From Octopus sinensis (lineage: Eukaryota), in the NCBI RefSeq assembly GCF_006345805.1, contig NC_043002.1, positions 26,102,001 through 26,166,000 on the forward strand: DNA of 64,000 nt. Direction: 5' to 3'. The notes beneath the pieces were generated by a model. It was not told where the DNA came from. It saw only the letters and a program-made list of their open reading frames with translations, and did not search any database. This document shows, one piece after another, positions 35,220 to 49,555 of the stretch (positions are counted from its first letter, which is position 1; each line of letters opens with the position of its first letter). The translations under genes were made by a program, and so were the position numbers.

Positions 35220-36540
35220 TTTAAGTATGAACCAGACTGAGTTGTCTTCGAGGCGTACTATAGAAGATACGAACAGATCTTCAATAAAGAGTGCAAAGAT
35301 TGGGACGACGATATGAAAACACATCTACTCCTAAGAAAACTGGCGGCAGGAGAACATGCGCGTTACAGCAATTACGTATTCCCAAAAGACCTTCTGACAT
35401 AAACTTTAAAGATGCAATAGATTTGTTTATGGAAGACGTTTCTGTCTTCAAACAGGTCATCACCCACAACTGTCAATATACAATATACGGTTCTAAAAAA
35501 GGAATACCAACACACACAGCGAATAGACTACAGTGATGGGGCACTACATTATTGAATTATGATTAAAATGGAATATTTACTGTAAACAGAATAGGGCATG
35601 CGGATGGTTGGCCCAGACTGATACCGAAATAATGCGAGCCATTCGAAGACACGGTAATTGCAGCTTTAAGATCAGAAGGAGAAATAAAAAATGTAATGTA
35701 GAATGTGGTACGCGAATTACCGGCGACCCTTGAAGACATAAAGCGAAATTCAGATAAGAACAAATTCATAACAGAAGTGAAAAGAATGCTGGGGACAGGA
35801 AAAGTAAATATGAACAGGATTGGTGCGAAACGAAACCAAAACGTAAACCTATACTCAATTTGTGAAGGCGTTCTGATGTATTCACAGTGAGTAGTAATAC
35901 CTGAAACACAGCAAAAGAAAATTTTGAGGGAATTCCTTGTTGCACATCCTGGTATTTCGAAGATGAAAGCTTTAATGCGTAGCTACGTGTACTGGCCAAA
36001 AGTGGATACGAAATCGAAAATTTAATGACAGGCTGAAGTGGATGTGCTCTAGCGACAAAATTACAGAGGATTAAAAGTGAACCTTGGCCAAAAGTAGATG
36101 TTCTGTGGTCGAGATTACACATCAATTTCGCTGGCCCCTTAAATGGTTTATACAACATAGTGGTAGTTGATAGTTTCTCTAAATGGTCAGAAATTTGTAA
36201 ATGTAAAAAGCCAAACTCGTCAACTACGACAAACTTTCTACTGAGCTGTTTGCGAGATTTTGCGTCCCAGATACTATACTGTCTGACAATGGAACGCAAT
36301 TTGTGTCTTTTGAGTTTAAAGAAAGTCTTGTAAAACGTTCGCTATAGAACATGTAACTACGGTGCCATAACATCCCAGATCTAACGGACTAGCAGAACGC
36401 TTTGTTGATACGTTCAAGAGAGCCTAAGAAGGTCGAATAAGGAAGTTACGGATGAGGTAACTCTACAACAATCTTTAAGAGTATACAGTGTGACACCAAA
36501 AAGAAAATGTACGGAGTTCCTGGAAGTGGATGCCAGACGT
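35220..36540 (+). mobile_element. Ty3/Gypsy LTR retrotransposon relic (Mag/K02A2.6-like): gag fragment fused to the RNase H end and integrase
   Basis: gag FEAYYRRYEQIF..LLLRKLAAGEHARYSNYVFPK; RNase H end GSKKGIPTHTANRLQ*W...GHADG; integrase HPGISKMKALMRSYVYWP, WSRLHINFAGP, VVVDSFSKW, SDNGTQF, HPRSNGLAERFVDTFK; stops and frameshifts; protease and RT missing. Confidence 0.9.
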
Positions 36541-36754
36541 AAACAATATTAAATTTGTAACTGTACGGCAGTTCTAGTGCCGCGAACGGTATATTACGTT
36601 TTGGCTTAAGTTCAGGTGTTACACTTTGTTTTACTACAATTTTTGACTTCATTTTCGTGCAGCAGCCCACTTCCTCCGAGAAAAACATCTAGAAATAAGT
36701 GTTTTGTTTTTCGTTTCAATCTCCAAGCCGCATCCAAACCTTCGACTGAGGTGA

Positions 36755-37050
36755 TGTAAAAATTATTGTTAAGGAAAAGAAGTAAAGTTACACTCCATGA
36801 GAGAAAAGAACAACTTAAAACTCGAGATGTTATGAGGATAATAATAGTAATAATGGAACACACCTCCTACGTGACGAGTGGTATATGGGAGTCGTTACAA
36901 ATACTGTGACGATGAGCAGTCGGCGGTAGCCGGTCATAGATAGTCATGTCTTACTTTTTTACTTATCTATATTGCTAAAGAGGAGTGGACGTTATAAAAG
37001 TCCGACGTCTTTCGAGTGATGCTAAATGTTTAGACCAATCTCACTCTTTC
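36755..37050 (+). mobile_element. Possible 3' LTR of the Gypsy relic
   Basis: Purine-rich gaggtga followed by TGTAA downstream of the integrase; no second LTR seen. Confidence 0.3.
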
Positions 37051-37329
37051 TCTCTCTCTCGCTCGCTCTTTATTCATACATACATACATACCCCCCCACC
37101 ATATATATATATTTATATTTATATGTATATGTATGTATATATACCGGAGTAAGCACATAAATGTGAAAGAAGGTGTAAAAAAAATAGTACTTTGATACCG
37201 GAGGTAGAGTAATATGCTTTATTATTAAAGTTGCAAAAGCATAAAAAAAACAGTATACGTATGTATGTATGTATATATACACACACACTGCAGTGATGTT
37301 TAGGCATCGTTTGAATAGTCTTAGTGGAA

Positions 37330-37757
<428 letters not shown>

Positions 37758-37809
37758 TATGTGAGTAGAAGTGCCTGCGTATGTCTGTGTATATGTACAT
37801 ATATATATA

Positions 37810-38255
<446 letters not shown>

Positions 38256-38699
38256 AATTATAAGCGAGGGTTTTATCTTTCCCTTCGGAACCGAAAGTCT
38301 TAACTGTTGTCTACTCCAACAGATACTTCGAGTTGGAGCATTCAGGTTTTCTGAACTCATACTCAAGAAATTAACATGTAAATGACAACTTATTCTGCAG
38401 GCGCATGTAATCTTAACACAGTTCTCATGGTTGTTCCTTAAGTATTACACATACAACATATGAAACAGAAAGAGTACGTAACCAACGAGAGATTAATAGA
38501 TAGATAGAGATAGAGAGACGGAGAGAGAGAAAGACGGAGAGAGAGAGAGACGGAGAGAGAGAGACGGAGAGAGGGAGAGAGAGAGAGAGAGCGAGACATC
38601 GATGTTTTAACCCTTTTCAGTACTGCATTGATATTTTGTATATTGACCACGAGAGGATGAACAGGAAAGCTGACGTCATCAGGACGACGAGAACTGGAA

Positions 38700-40198
38700 C
38701 AAAAGCCTGTATATTCGACACATTTATCACTCAACACGAAAATGGCGGATGAACATTAAATTTACCTCGATTAAAGCGTAAATCGGTTGCAATAATTTAT
38801 GTTATAATGTCATTATTACACTTCGTTGTTACATTTACGGAGACATGTAATGTTAACTTTTACAAAAATGTAATTCACTTTGTAATCGAAATGTTAATCA
38901 ATCATATGTGAATTGACACATGGCTACGTTTTAGAAATGGAAGTGTTGGTAGTAATTTAGCTATCGCCGAATTAAGATCTGAATAAAATGAAGTTAATTA
39001 TATTAGCATAATCTTTCAAACAGCTTTAGCAATGTCTAGTTTGATTGTGATATTTCGTTAAGGAGGTAAAGTAAAACCGGAACGTCTCCACTGTTTCTCA
39101 AATATTTTCCGAGTACAAAACCCATTACTTACTGCAGGTTCCATTGAAATTTTTCTAAATTTGGATTGAGTAATTTTCTCTTCTGCTCTTACAGAAAATT
39201 ATTAATAATTAACACTAATGATATTTATATCCACTCAATGTAATTTTATTTATTTGTGTTGTTTTACTACATTAAATAGGTTAGCTTCATTTTAAGTATA
39301 ATATAACGTTGATTTCTGGAGTAATGAGGGAGCACGGTAAATATTGTTCTAATCATACGTGTACCATTTGAAACACTGGCTTTGAACTTTCTGTACCTTC
39401 GCGTCGCTTTTCTCTCAAAGGCACTAGGAAGAACTCCCTCTTTATATTTTGCAATGAAAACTATATAAAAATTGTCAGAACCTAATTTTGCTCAATCACA
39501 AATAAATCAGTAAGTTCTTATATTATTCCATTCAACACGTGCACCTCGATTTTAGATATTTATGTCGTATTTGTATAGAGATTACCGAAAGAAGCCATAA
39601 CTAAAATGATAAAGATACATAGGACTGTGGTTCATCACCAAATTGTTTCTGGTTAGTGATAATTCAATCAATGTCCTACACATATTCCAATTCCGACAAA
39701 GATTTAAAAAAAATATTGTATTTGATTTAAAAAAAAAAATCACGCCCTCTCTACACACACAGCGATGTAATTTATCGCCATCTTGTTTGTTCCCTACGAC
39801 CAGTTTAGGAGCCAGAGCGATCGTAAATACGGAGCAGACACAATGCTTACATTACCTTTAAGGCTGGGGTGGTCATAGTTGGTGCACAATCGGTGATGCA
39901 TATGTTTGATCAGGATTGATATAGTGTAAAACACCATGCCTAATGGGCAAATTATTTATTATAAATGTAATTAGTATCTCAGTGGTTTCATGTTACGCAA
40001 GTCAACCTGAAAATTACCAGTTAACTAACAATATACGATGTATTATAGAGACTAAGCTTACAATTCTATTTAATCGGAAAATTAAATTTCTATAGTGCAA
40101 CTTTGATAAGAATGTCAATCAGTTCCTTTTATATAATTCAGTCTAAAGCGAAACCAACTAACAAAGACAAAATCAAACAAACTTACAAACTAACTTAC

Positions 40199-40250
<52 letters not shown>

Positions 40251-41930
40251 AAACTAAATACCTAACAAACTAACTACACACAAACACACATATGTATGTA
40301 TATGTATATTTGTAGATTTATGTATATGTATGTATATGTACATATGTCGAGGTCGCACTAAATGAAAGCTACTAATAATGAGTGTTAAATTGAATTCATG
40401 CATGCTTTGTAACACTATAAGTATTTGTATATCGGAGAGAGATTTTCGCCTTCAGCGTGACGAATATATTAATCAATACGTGTCAGATGGATATTATATT
40501 TACTATAATTAAAAGAAAGCGTTTACAATAGTCATTTCAAATGTCACTATTACATTTCATTGCTACAATTATACAGATATTTAATCTCCACTTTTACTGA
40601 AATATAATTCGCTGTGTTGTTGAAATGTCTGCAATGGTGTGTGAATTCACACATGACTGCTTTTTAGAAATGGAAGTGTTTATAGCTAGCGAACTAGTTG
40701 TCGACGAATTAAGGTTCGTGAAAATAACCTTAATTACACTAACACGATATAATATTGATTTTTTCAGCCTATGTGGAAGCATCTACGCTGTTGTTGTGGC
40801 TTGCTAGAAATAACTGCTAAATCTCGGTCAAATTAGTTCTTATTCTGTTAAAGAAAAACACATTGGAGTACTTAGTTCTAGAGGAACTAGTAAAATGTCG
40901 GTGATTTCTTTGCGAAATATTTAATTATCTGTATTTTCTGACAGAGGTGAGCAGCAGATAAACAAAAATAGTTACACAAGTCATAATATATGAGCGGTTT
41001 ACAAAACTCTGGGTTTCCACAACAGTGACACTGAGTGTCTTAAGCTGTAATCAAAACTATAGAACGCCGCAGAGTAAAATAAAACACACATGTTCATACA
41101 ATTATTCAGTTCATATATATTTCAGTAGAGATGAAATGGGATGAGTTGGTATTTATAAAACTGACTTATTAAGTAGACAGACATTTCAAAATCGTGAGAA
41201 AATTATGTAGAATTAAAGAGTGAAAAGTGTGGATATAGTTATAGATACACTATTTCTGAATACAACACTTAATGATCTTGACAGGAACACTTTTATTCAC
41301 AGATCTGCTATGAGCTTAAGCAACAAAAATAAGATAACATTTTGAGAAATAAAGTTATTTGTCATATAATTACTTATCTTCTGACTAAGAAACTTAATGA
41401 TTTTCTGTCATTTAAGTCAACTTGAAAGTCAACTGTCGTGTAAAACGCCGAAACTTATCTACTAATTTGCTATGAGAATATTAAATTGGAATATATATGG
41501 AGGTATATCAAAATATATGCATCTATATAAGAGAGAGCTTTACTTGTGCAACCGAAACACTTAACAATAATTGTGTATTCGTATGCATACTTATCAATCA
41601 ATGCAACTGTACCAGATGGACATCAAATTTATCACGGCTAAAATACGAAATTTTTGTAACAATATTTTAAAATGTCAGTATTAACCTTCTTTGTTACATT
41701 TCTTGAAATATGTGATTTTCACTTCCGCTGAACTAGGATTCCTTCAGTTATTGTAATGCTCTCCAACGATCTCTGAATTCACACGTGGCTGCAGTGAAGT
41801 AATGGAAGTGTTAGGTGCTAACTAGCAACGATATAAGGTTTGAGTGAAAATAAAAGTAATAATACCAGTGAAATATTGATTTATCATATCGATACATGCC
41901 AATAATGCGTTTGCATTTCTTGTTGTTGCC
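38700..41930. repeat. Three diverged copies of an about 300-bp block (about 38700-39010, 40460-40800, 41570-41930)
   Basis: Shared anchors in the same order: c(a/g)gatg.a.at.a.atttac/t; aatgtca.tatta; tgaatt.acac.tg.ct; aatggaagtgtt; taag.t..g..aaaat. Confidence 0.7.
40175..40275. repeat. (CTAA)n microsatellite
   Basis: Direct reading. Confidence 0.9.
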
Positions 41931-42527
41931 AGTGGTATTGATGTTTAGATCCAGATCTTCCATTATCAAGCAAACCTATGATCCATAACTGATTTGCCAT
42001 CTTTTACTTTTTCTTTAAGATGTCCTATGGTTTAAGACGGTATGCTAGGATTTGAGAGACTTGTAGCTGATATTTCTAGATGGCAAAGCACACTGTTTTG
42101 GGGTGGGGGGGTGGGGGTTTTGGGCTTGTATTTATAGGTTTTTTAACAACATGTAAATTCAATTACTCTCGGGTAAAGGTTTGATGGTTGAGATCTAAAA
42201 TCAAATGAGCACACAAATTGTATCTTCCTATTCAAGGTCTGACACGTTGTAGCTTTCTGAGATATAATTAGTACAGCATAGCGTTTCATTGTAAGGTTCT
42301 TTTATTTCTCTGGGAACAGTAAAAGAGAGAGCAAAGGAAAGTGAAGTAGAGATACAAAGTAAGGGGTTGAGCGTAAGAGAGAGATAGAGAGAACGCGAAT
42401 GAGAGTAAAGAGTCAGTGAAATTTGGATGTTACAATGAATAATTTTCAATGATTTTCTTAGTCTCACTTCACTGCTGATGAAGCATATTCATGATGAAGT
42501 TAATTCTGACAGTAGTCATATATATAT

Positions 42528-42616
<89 letters not shown>

Positions 42617-42699
42617 AAGAGAAAGAGAGGAGAGAGAGAAGAGAGAGATAGCGATAGAAATAGTTTACTGTTCCATTAAGATAAGACCAACAAAAAGAG

Positions 42700-43270
42700 T
42701 ATTCCACCCAACGAGTAATAAATAATGAATGTAGATAGTATGGAGATAGGAGTTACTGATAATTTCTTGCGTTGGAGACGCGGGCTTAGGCAGGTTTTTA
42801 TAACACGCCTTGTTCCTCCAAACAATCTGCAGAATCTGAGCACATAGCCTATTCAATTAGCAAATAAAAATGCGGGTACAAGAGAAATCACTAGAAAAAC
42901 GATAAGGTAGAAGGAAAAAATGGACGGGTGAATAAAAACAGAAAAAAAACAAGAAATAATCAAAGTTATGTCTCCATTGACCAAGCTAAAAATAGTTCAA
43001 CGAAGAGGGTCCAAAGTCTCGGAGATACTTGCTCAATCCAGAGAGGGTGGTGTCCTCTAGTTCACCAACAGAAATTTATCCATATGCTTGCAGTTGTTGA
43101 AATATTTAGATCTGAAATTCAGCAGTTCGGTGGAACTCTTAGATTTAAAAAGAATATGTGGATTTTCAGCTACGCTTAAGTTGCATTTCTTAGATCCATT
43201 AACATATGGTAGGCATTTTTCTACGATTTTCCACTTGATGTTGGTCTTCAATCCCCATACGTTTTGATAA
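42700..43270 (-). mobile_element. Penelope-like element 3' end (ORF C-terminus at 43270-43057 plus downstream non-coding region)
   Basis: LLSK..W/LKTNIKWKIVEKCLPYVNGSKKCNLSVAENPHIL..LLNFRSKYFNNCKHMDKFLLVN* fits the PLE C-terminal IKW.I....PY....K.CNLCL.E...LLN.RSE....CRH..KFLL motif. Confidence 0.8.
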
Positions 43271-43272
43271 CA

Positions 43273-43541
43273 ATATTGATTTCAAAATTTCACACAAGGC
43301 TATAAATTTCGGAGGAGGGGTGAATCGATTATATCAATCCCCAAGTCCATCGCTGCAATGCAGACCTGGTATTTATTTTACCGATCTCGAAAGGATGATA
43401 GGCAAAGTAGATCGCGGCGGAATTTGCATTTCATCCTTTCGAGGTCGATAAAATGAATACTAGTTGAAAACCGGGCTTGATACGAACGACTTACCTCCAC
43501 TCAAAATTGCTGGCATTGTGCCAAAATTTGAAATCAATATT
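43273..43541. mobile_element. Inverted (fold-back) pair of SINE type B 3' halves
   Basis: tcgaaaggatga (43387-43398) and tcatcctttcga (43431-43442); outer ends aatattgatttcaaa and tttgaaatcaatatt. Confidence 0.8.
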
Positions 43542-43566
43542 ATTTCTATGTTTAATGATGATGATG

Positions 43567-43604
<38 letters not shown>

Positions 43605-43688
43605 TATTATTATTATTATGATAAATATATTCATAGTGTATTTCCTATATTATAATGAAACACGTGCAATTATCTAGTATTTATTTCA

Positions 43689-43735
<47 letters not shown>

Positions 43736-43917
43736 GCTGTGTGTATGCACGTGTAAGCACATAAATGCAGAACACGGGGAATATATCGTACTTGAATACC
43801 GAAGGTAGAGTAATATGCTGCTCAGACTTTCACGTTCCCAGCGAACGGGAATGAGAAATTCTGGGGAGCAGATTTTTGCGATATTTTTGCAGCTTTAATA
43901 AAAAATTATATTACTCT

Positions 43918-44085
43918 GGGCGCAGACGTGACTGTATTGTAAGAAGCTTGCTTCCCAAACAGATCGTTCGGGGTTCAATCCCTGTGTTGGACACCTTGGG
44001 CAAGTGTCTCCAACTGTGGCCTGGGGCCAACCAAAGCCTTGTGAGTGGATTTTGAAGATGGACACCGAATATAGCCCATCGTATA
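43918..44085 (+). mobile_element. SINE type A, 5' half
   Basis: gtaagaagcttgcttcccaa..ggggttcaatccc..ccttgggcaagtgtc..ccaaagccttgtgagtggattt. Confidence 0.8.
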
Positions 44086-44109
44086 TATGTATGTATATAT
44101 ATAGTTGTA

Positions 44110-44810
44110 ATTTACAAAAACAAACAAAAACAAAGTTAGGTGTGCAAACAACAAACAGGTGTATTAGTTTAACGCTCGAGAAAGTGAAAAAGTATTTTAA
44201 ATTTCGAGCCTACGCTCTTCGACAGAAAGGAACACAAGAAAATAAGCAGAGAGAGAGAGTAAAAAAATAAAGCTTTAGTAGCTAGCGGTCAATCATGGCG
44301 ATGGCCGAGCGGAGGTGGTCAGACAGGAGAGCTAGGAAGAATGGGAGATAATAAAGTAGTGGTGATCCCAGAACGAAGATATGCGTGCGTGTATGTGCGT
44401 GTGGTTAGGGGCTGGTGACCTTGACGCGTGCGTGTATGCATGTCTAGGTGTGGGAATGATGGTGTGGGTGCTGGAAAGTGGTCAGTGCTAGGGTGTACGG
44501 GGTGGTGTGATGTGGTGTGATGGTGTGTGGTGTGGAGTGGGTGCTGGGAAGTGGTCAATGCTAGTGTATGCAGGGTGGTGCGATATGTTGTGGTGTTGTG
44601 GTGTGTTGACATGTGATGGTCCGGTGTAGTGTGGTGGTGTGAAGTGGTGATGTGTGGCATGTTGTGTTGTGGTGTAGGGTGGTGGTGTGGTATGGTGGTG
44701 TTGGGGCGTGAGGGTTGCGAGTATGGGGGATGCAAGGGTGGTGGATGCAATGGTGAGGTCTGACTGGGTTGAGGGTGTGGGAGATGCGAGGGTGGGGTGT
44801 GGGTTATATG
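44110..44810 (-). mobile_element. Longer member of the (TA)n-associated pLTR-like family with a decayed hammerhead and a GT/G-rich extension
   Basis: 44110-44260 is homologous to 14941-15120; minus 44229-44195 reads cttt-CTGTCGA-A-GAGC[gtag]GCTC-GAAA. Continuity with the GT-rich part is inferred. Confidence 0.55.
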
Positions 44811-46509
44811 TATGTATATATGCATGTATGTATTTGCGTGTGTATTGTTGGTGGACGTAATCCATTATATCAACACAAGTTTACTGCTGAGACATATATT
44901 CTAGGCAATGAGATGTATGCCAATTGAAAATAATATCGGTAGGTGTTGAACTTGGAGTGTACTGGCCGATAAATATATGTTGTGAAATATTTTCTCTCTT
45001 ACTTTACCGGTTCTGCCAACCTGCTATATAATTACAAAAAAATTGATTTCTAATATTGCAACTACCCAGCAAATTTGTACAAACTGAATCAATAAATGCA
45101 TCGATACCAGTGATTCTTTTAATTATTGAAAAAGTTACAGTGAAGTGAAATTTTCTACATTCCAAGTTAAACTTCTTACATAAAATAAATGAAAAATAAA
45201 CGTGAAACACTTATTACGTTTCCTCCATTACAAAATGTAATCCTTCAGAGACGTAAGAATAACATTTGATAGTTTCTTGTATTTCTAAAATTTCCCTAAA
45301 GAACGAAAGCAATCTTTAATAATCAGTAACTGAGATTGTTAGAAATACTCGTATTTATCTTGTGACGGATACGACATTGCATTGTAGTGTATATATTATT
45401 CGACAAACCGGTAGTTACAACTTTTAAAGTATAATAGGTAAAAAGTTCACACTGGCAATCATTTATACTAGATATGATTAATAGGTCTTGCGCTGCCAGA
45501 GAGAACCCTCAAGTCCGAATAAATGAATATTTCTATATGTATTAACAAAGGTGGGTCTATCTCATTACTAAATGAATGTGCGTATGTGTTAATGTGTGTG
45601 TGTGAATGTGTGTGTGTGTGTGTGTATGTGTGTGTGTAAGTAAATGTATATGATTACGTGTATATATTTATGGGTGTCCGTCATAAGATCGAATGATAGG
45701 AAACCAAGCGTGAGTGGTCCGAAATCAAATGACCTAAACATCAGCAAACTGAATGTGTGATGGGATTAATACTCAAAACACTCGAATTTTGAAACATTTT
45801 AGATACAAACAGAAAAATCAATGCCAATATCATGAGAACTTCTTAACCATCCAGGTATATTGTTGTCTATCTAGCCATCGCTTTTCCATTCTTATCAATT
45901 TGTCATCTCTTCCCCGCAATCTATTCGTCTAGTCCACATACAGTCATACATGTTTCTAAAGTTTTTTTTCCTTTTCTCTGAATATCTGCTAGTGTTCGTA
46001 TAGCTTTATATCATATCTTTCTAATGTTCTTATAGTTTTATATCATTTCCTCAGCTTGCATCTGTTACATCAGCATATCTTTATTTTATCATAATAGTCA
46101 GTTACGCTATGAAGTTTTTGTACATATTTGTATGTACTTGTAGGTATGAACTTGCTTGTGTATATCTAAGTATGTATACGAATATGTCCTATCATTCAAA
46201 GTATGTATGTGTGTGTGTGCATGCATGTGCGTATGTGTGCGTTTGTCCACATTCATATTTGTCTACGTGCGTATATACAAATACAAATATGTAGATATAT
46301 CTACCTACGTATGTGTGTCAATGTAGCTATGTAATCTATATATGTGTGTATTTGTCTATTTGTCAAAGTAGTGTTATATATGTATGTCGATGTATATGTG
46401 CACGTGCTTGTTTGTACGTATCTATGAGTTTATAAGAAGGATTATGAATTGGAAAGAAATTGTCATATATGAAAATGCTACCCCGCAGAAACATCATTCT
46501 TAGTGACAA

Positions 46510-46526
46510 GTATATACATACATATA

Positions 46527-46580
<54 letters not shown>

Positions 46581-46697
46581 ATATATAATATATATATATA
46601 TAAAATATATATATATATATAATATATATATATATATATAAAATATATTATATATATATATATAAAATATATATATATATATATATAAAATATATAT

Positions 46698-46730
<33 letters not shown>

Positions 46731-46764
46731 ATATATATATATATAGATATATATATATATATAT

Positions 46765-46807
<43 letters not shown>

Positions 46808-46808
46808 T

Positions 46809-46906
<98 letters not shown>

Positions 46907-46915
46907 ATGTATATA
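46510..46915. repeat. About 400-bp interrupted (TA)n tract ending in (TG)n
   Basis: Direct reading. Confidence 0.95.
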
Positions 46916-47889
46916 TATAAAACAATGATATTAAAACTATGTAAAGTGAGTGCATTTTCCTTCTTTATACATACATATAAACATACATGTGTGTGTGAAT
47001 GTGAGTATTAGAGTATCGATAACCATGTATTTTCGAACCCTATCTGAGATATATCTCCCAAAAGTGAAACAACTGCATCGACCAAATTGTAATTCTTAAA
47101 TCAAGCTAGAACTTAGCTAGAGCCAATACACTCTCATATAACGCTATTGATTTATTTTTTATAGCACTACGCGTCATATATATTGTGTAGATAGATAGAT
47201 AGATAGATAGACAGACAAACAGATAGATAGACAGATAGATATGTGTATATATATATATGTATATATATATATGTGTGTATATATATATGTGTATATATAT
47301 ATATATATATAAATATAAATATATATATATACACAGACAAACACACTCTTATGTATATATATACATATATATATATATATGTATGTATATATTTGCACAC
47401 ACATGAATTACAACGCGAACGAATTCCAACAGTGGTACGAAACATATACAGTAAATATTCACTTTTGCATTATTTTCGATTTATTTTATACCATTAAATA
47501 ACAATGTCGTTAATCGTGCCTCTGCCACTTGGTAAGCGATCATCTGTTCCACTCAGTAAATAGACTAGTAATGATTAGGTTGTAAATCGACGGCCAGATT
47601 CTGTGACACTTTAAAGTATATAATACTACATAATACTGATATAAAACACAAAAATAATATAAGGTGTATGTGTGTGCGTGTGCTTATGTGTGCCTGTATG
47701 TCTCTGTATGTTTCAAACAACAATGATGTCGCTATCGCTCGCTTCAGTCTCTAGTGTCTTGCCAAATATATATTGAAACACTGAAACGTATGAAATAATT
47801 GTTTTCTATTATATTTCTTATCCAATACTGAAAACGTCGAATCAAAGTCAACTAGTGAATTTTTTTTTAGTATCGTGTATAATCGTAGT

Positions 47890-48433
47890 CGCAGGTTCAG
47901 TCCGACTGCGCAGCAACTGGGTTAGATGTTTATTGATATAACTCCAAACTGACCGATGCCTTGTGAGCAAATTTGGCAGACTGAATGTGTATGGAGGTCT
48001 GTCCGATATATATGTATAAAGATAGATAGATAGTAGATAGTAGATAGATAGATATATACATACATACATACATGGTGGCTGCCCCCTCATTATCGAGTAT
48101 GGCCATTGCACGAAGCTTAATCAATGTTGTTATCGTGCAATGCCTGTGCGAGATTTTTTTTAAAGTGGGGAAAGGCTGTACACTGAATCAATCCCACTCA
48201 CTAAGCAACAGCAGACATAATCCGAAAAGAGGAAAAAGTTAACATCATCGGTAACCACTGAGCCGCAGGTTTTATGTCCGAGTTATACCAGTTACCTGAG
48301 TTACCTTCTCCTAGAAGGATGCCCTAACAAAGGCTAGGAGTCCTTCACTCCCAATGGTTTAACCGCGCGATCGGGCATTCAATCCGATTATTTCTATGTC
48401 CCCGCATACATACATACGTACATAAATGTATGC

Positions 48434-48477
<44 letters not shown>

Positions 48478-48705
48478 ATGTCTGTATATGTATGCGTGTT
48501 TTTGCGTCTGTGTTTTATATCCGAAACCCTCCCCCCCCAATTGACAACCGATGCTGGTGACATTTACGTCGTTGTTACCATCTCGTCAAATGATATCGAT
48601 GAAATAATCCTAAACTTGAAAAGTAATGGAGTCGATGACAAAACCCTTCTATGTGATACTCCAGCATGGCCTCGGTCCAATGACTGAAATAAGTAAGACG
48701 AACAA
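47890..48705 (+). mobile_element. SINE type A (5' half 47890-48010, 3' half 48505-48705) split by an insertion in its central microsatellite
   Basis: ggttcagtccgactgcg..ccgatgccttgtgagcaaatttggcagac; ttgacaaccgatgctggtg..actccagcatggcc..aatgactgaaataagta. Confidence 0.7.
48072..48405 (-). mobile_element. Non-autonomous bipartite RTE derivative (5' UTR joined to 3' UTR, no ORF)
   Basis: 3' end shared with 4673-4723; minus-strand gactcctagcctttgttagggcatccttctaggagaaggtaactc (48342-48298) resembles the RTE 5' UTR motif (recalled); (TACA)n on both sides. Confidence 0.65.
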
Positions 48706-48861
48706 AACATACACATACACATATACATACACCACTCCCACATATACCGCCCCATCCTCACACCCCATTCCCACATACCCCACCCCTACCTCCACAATAC
48801 AGAAACAGACATAAAGTGTGGCGGCTTACATATAATAATGAGCTGACAAAAAAATTATAGC

Positions 48862-48950
48862 CTGGTCGGAGAAGCATAAACATGCACAATCCAGAACATG
48901 TCTATCCACGATAACCTCCACCTTATACGATACATCATAGAGAGTGCTAG
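48862..48950 (+). mobile_element. L1/Tx1-type RT micro-fragment
   Basis: LVGEA*TCTIQNMSIHDNLHLIRYIIE. Confidence 0.55.
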
Positions 48951-48999
48951 GACAACAGCTGTCTTCAGTGATGCTCAGAAAGCTGGAGGAAAGAAGTCT

Positions 49000-49555
49000 G
49001 AGATAATATAAAACAGACTGGTTCCGTGAATTTATTAAAAAAAATGGAAGATGAAATGAAGCAATAAAAAAATTAACAATTACGGATAAGAAAGTGAAAG
49101 AGGTCTTCAAGAAAATGCCGAACAGGAAAGCTTCGGGATCAACCGGTGTTCAGGAATTCTAGCATAAAAATCTTCCAAGTATGCCCAGCAATGTACGACA
49201 ATTTCTCTTACAGACTGCATATAAAATGAATGAAACGTCATCATGGACAACAAAAGAAGGAGAGTGTTGATACAGAAGGACAAAGAAACGAGTGATTAAG
49301 TTAGTAACTGTAGACTTATAACATGTTTGTCAATATCCTGGAAGATATTAACAGGTTTCATAGCAAATAAAATATGTCACTTTCTGGAAAAGGAGACTAT
49401 TGTCAGATAAGCTAAAAGAATGCAGAAAGAAATCAAGGAGAACTGTTGCTCTGTTGTATATAGATACTACGATATTAACTGAGGTACAATTAAGAAAGAA
49501 GGATTTATCAATTGGCTGAATAGATTACTGGAAGGATTACGACAATGTTTTATAC
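49000..49555 (+). mobile_element. Degraded R4/Dong-type RT fragment
   Basis: KKMPNRKASG..GVQEF; GRRVLIQKD..SNCRLITCLSISWKILTGFIA; ECRKKSR..LYID..IDYWKDYDNV. Confidence 0.8.
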
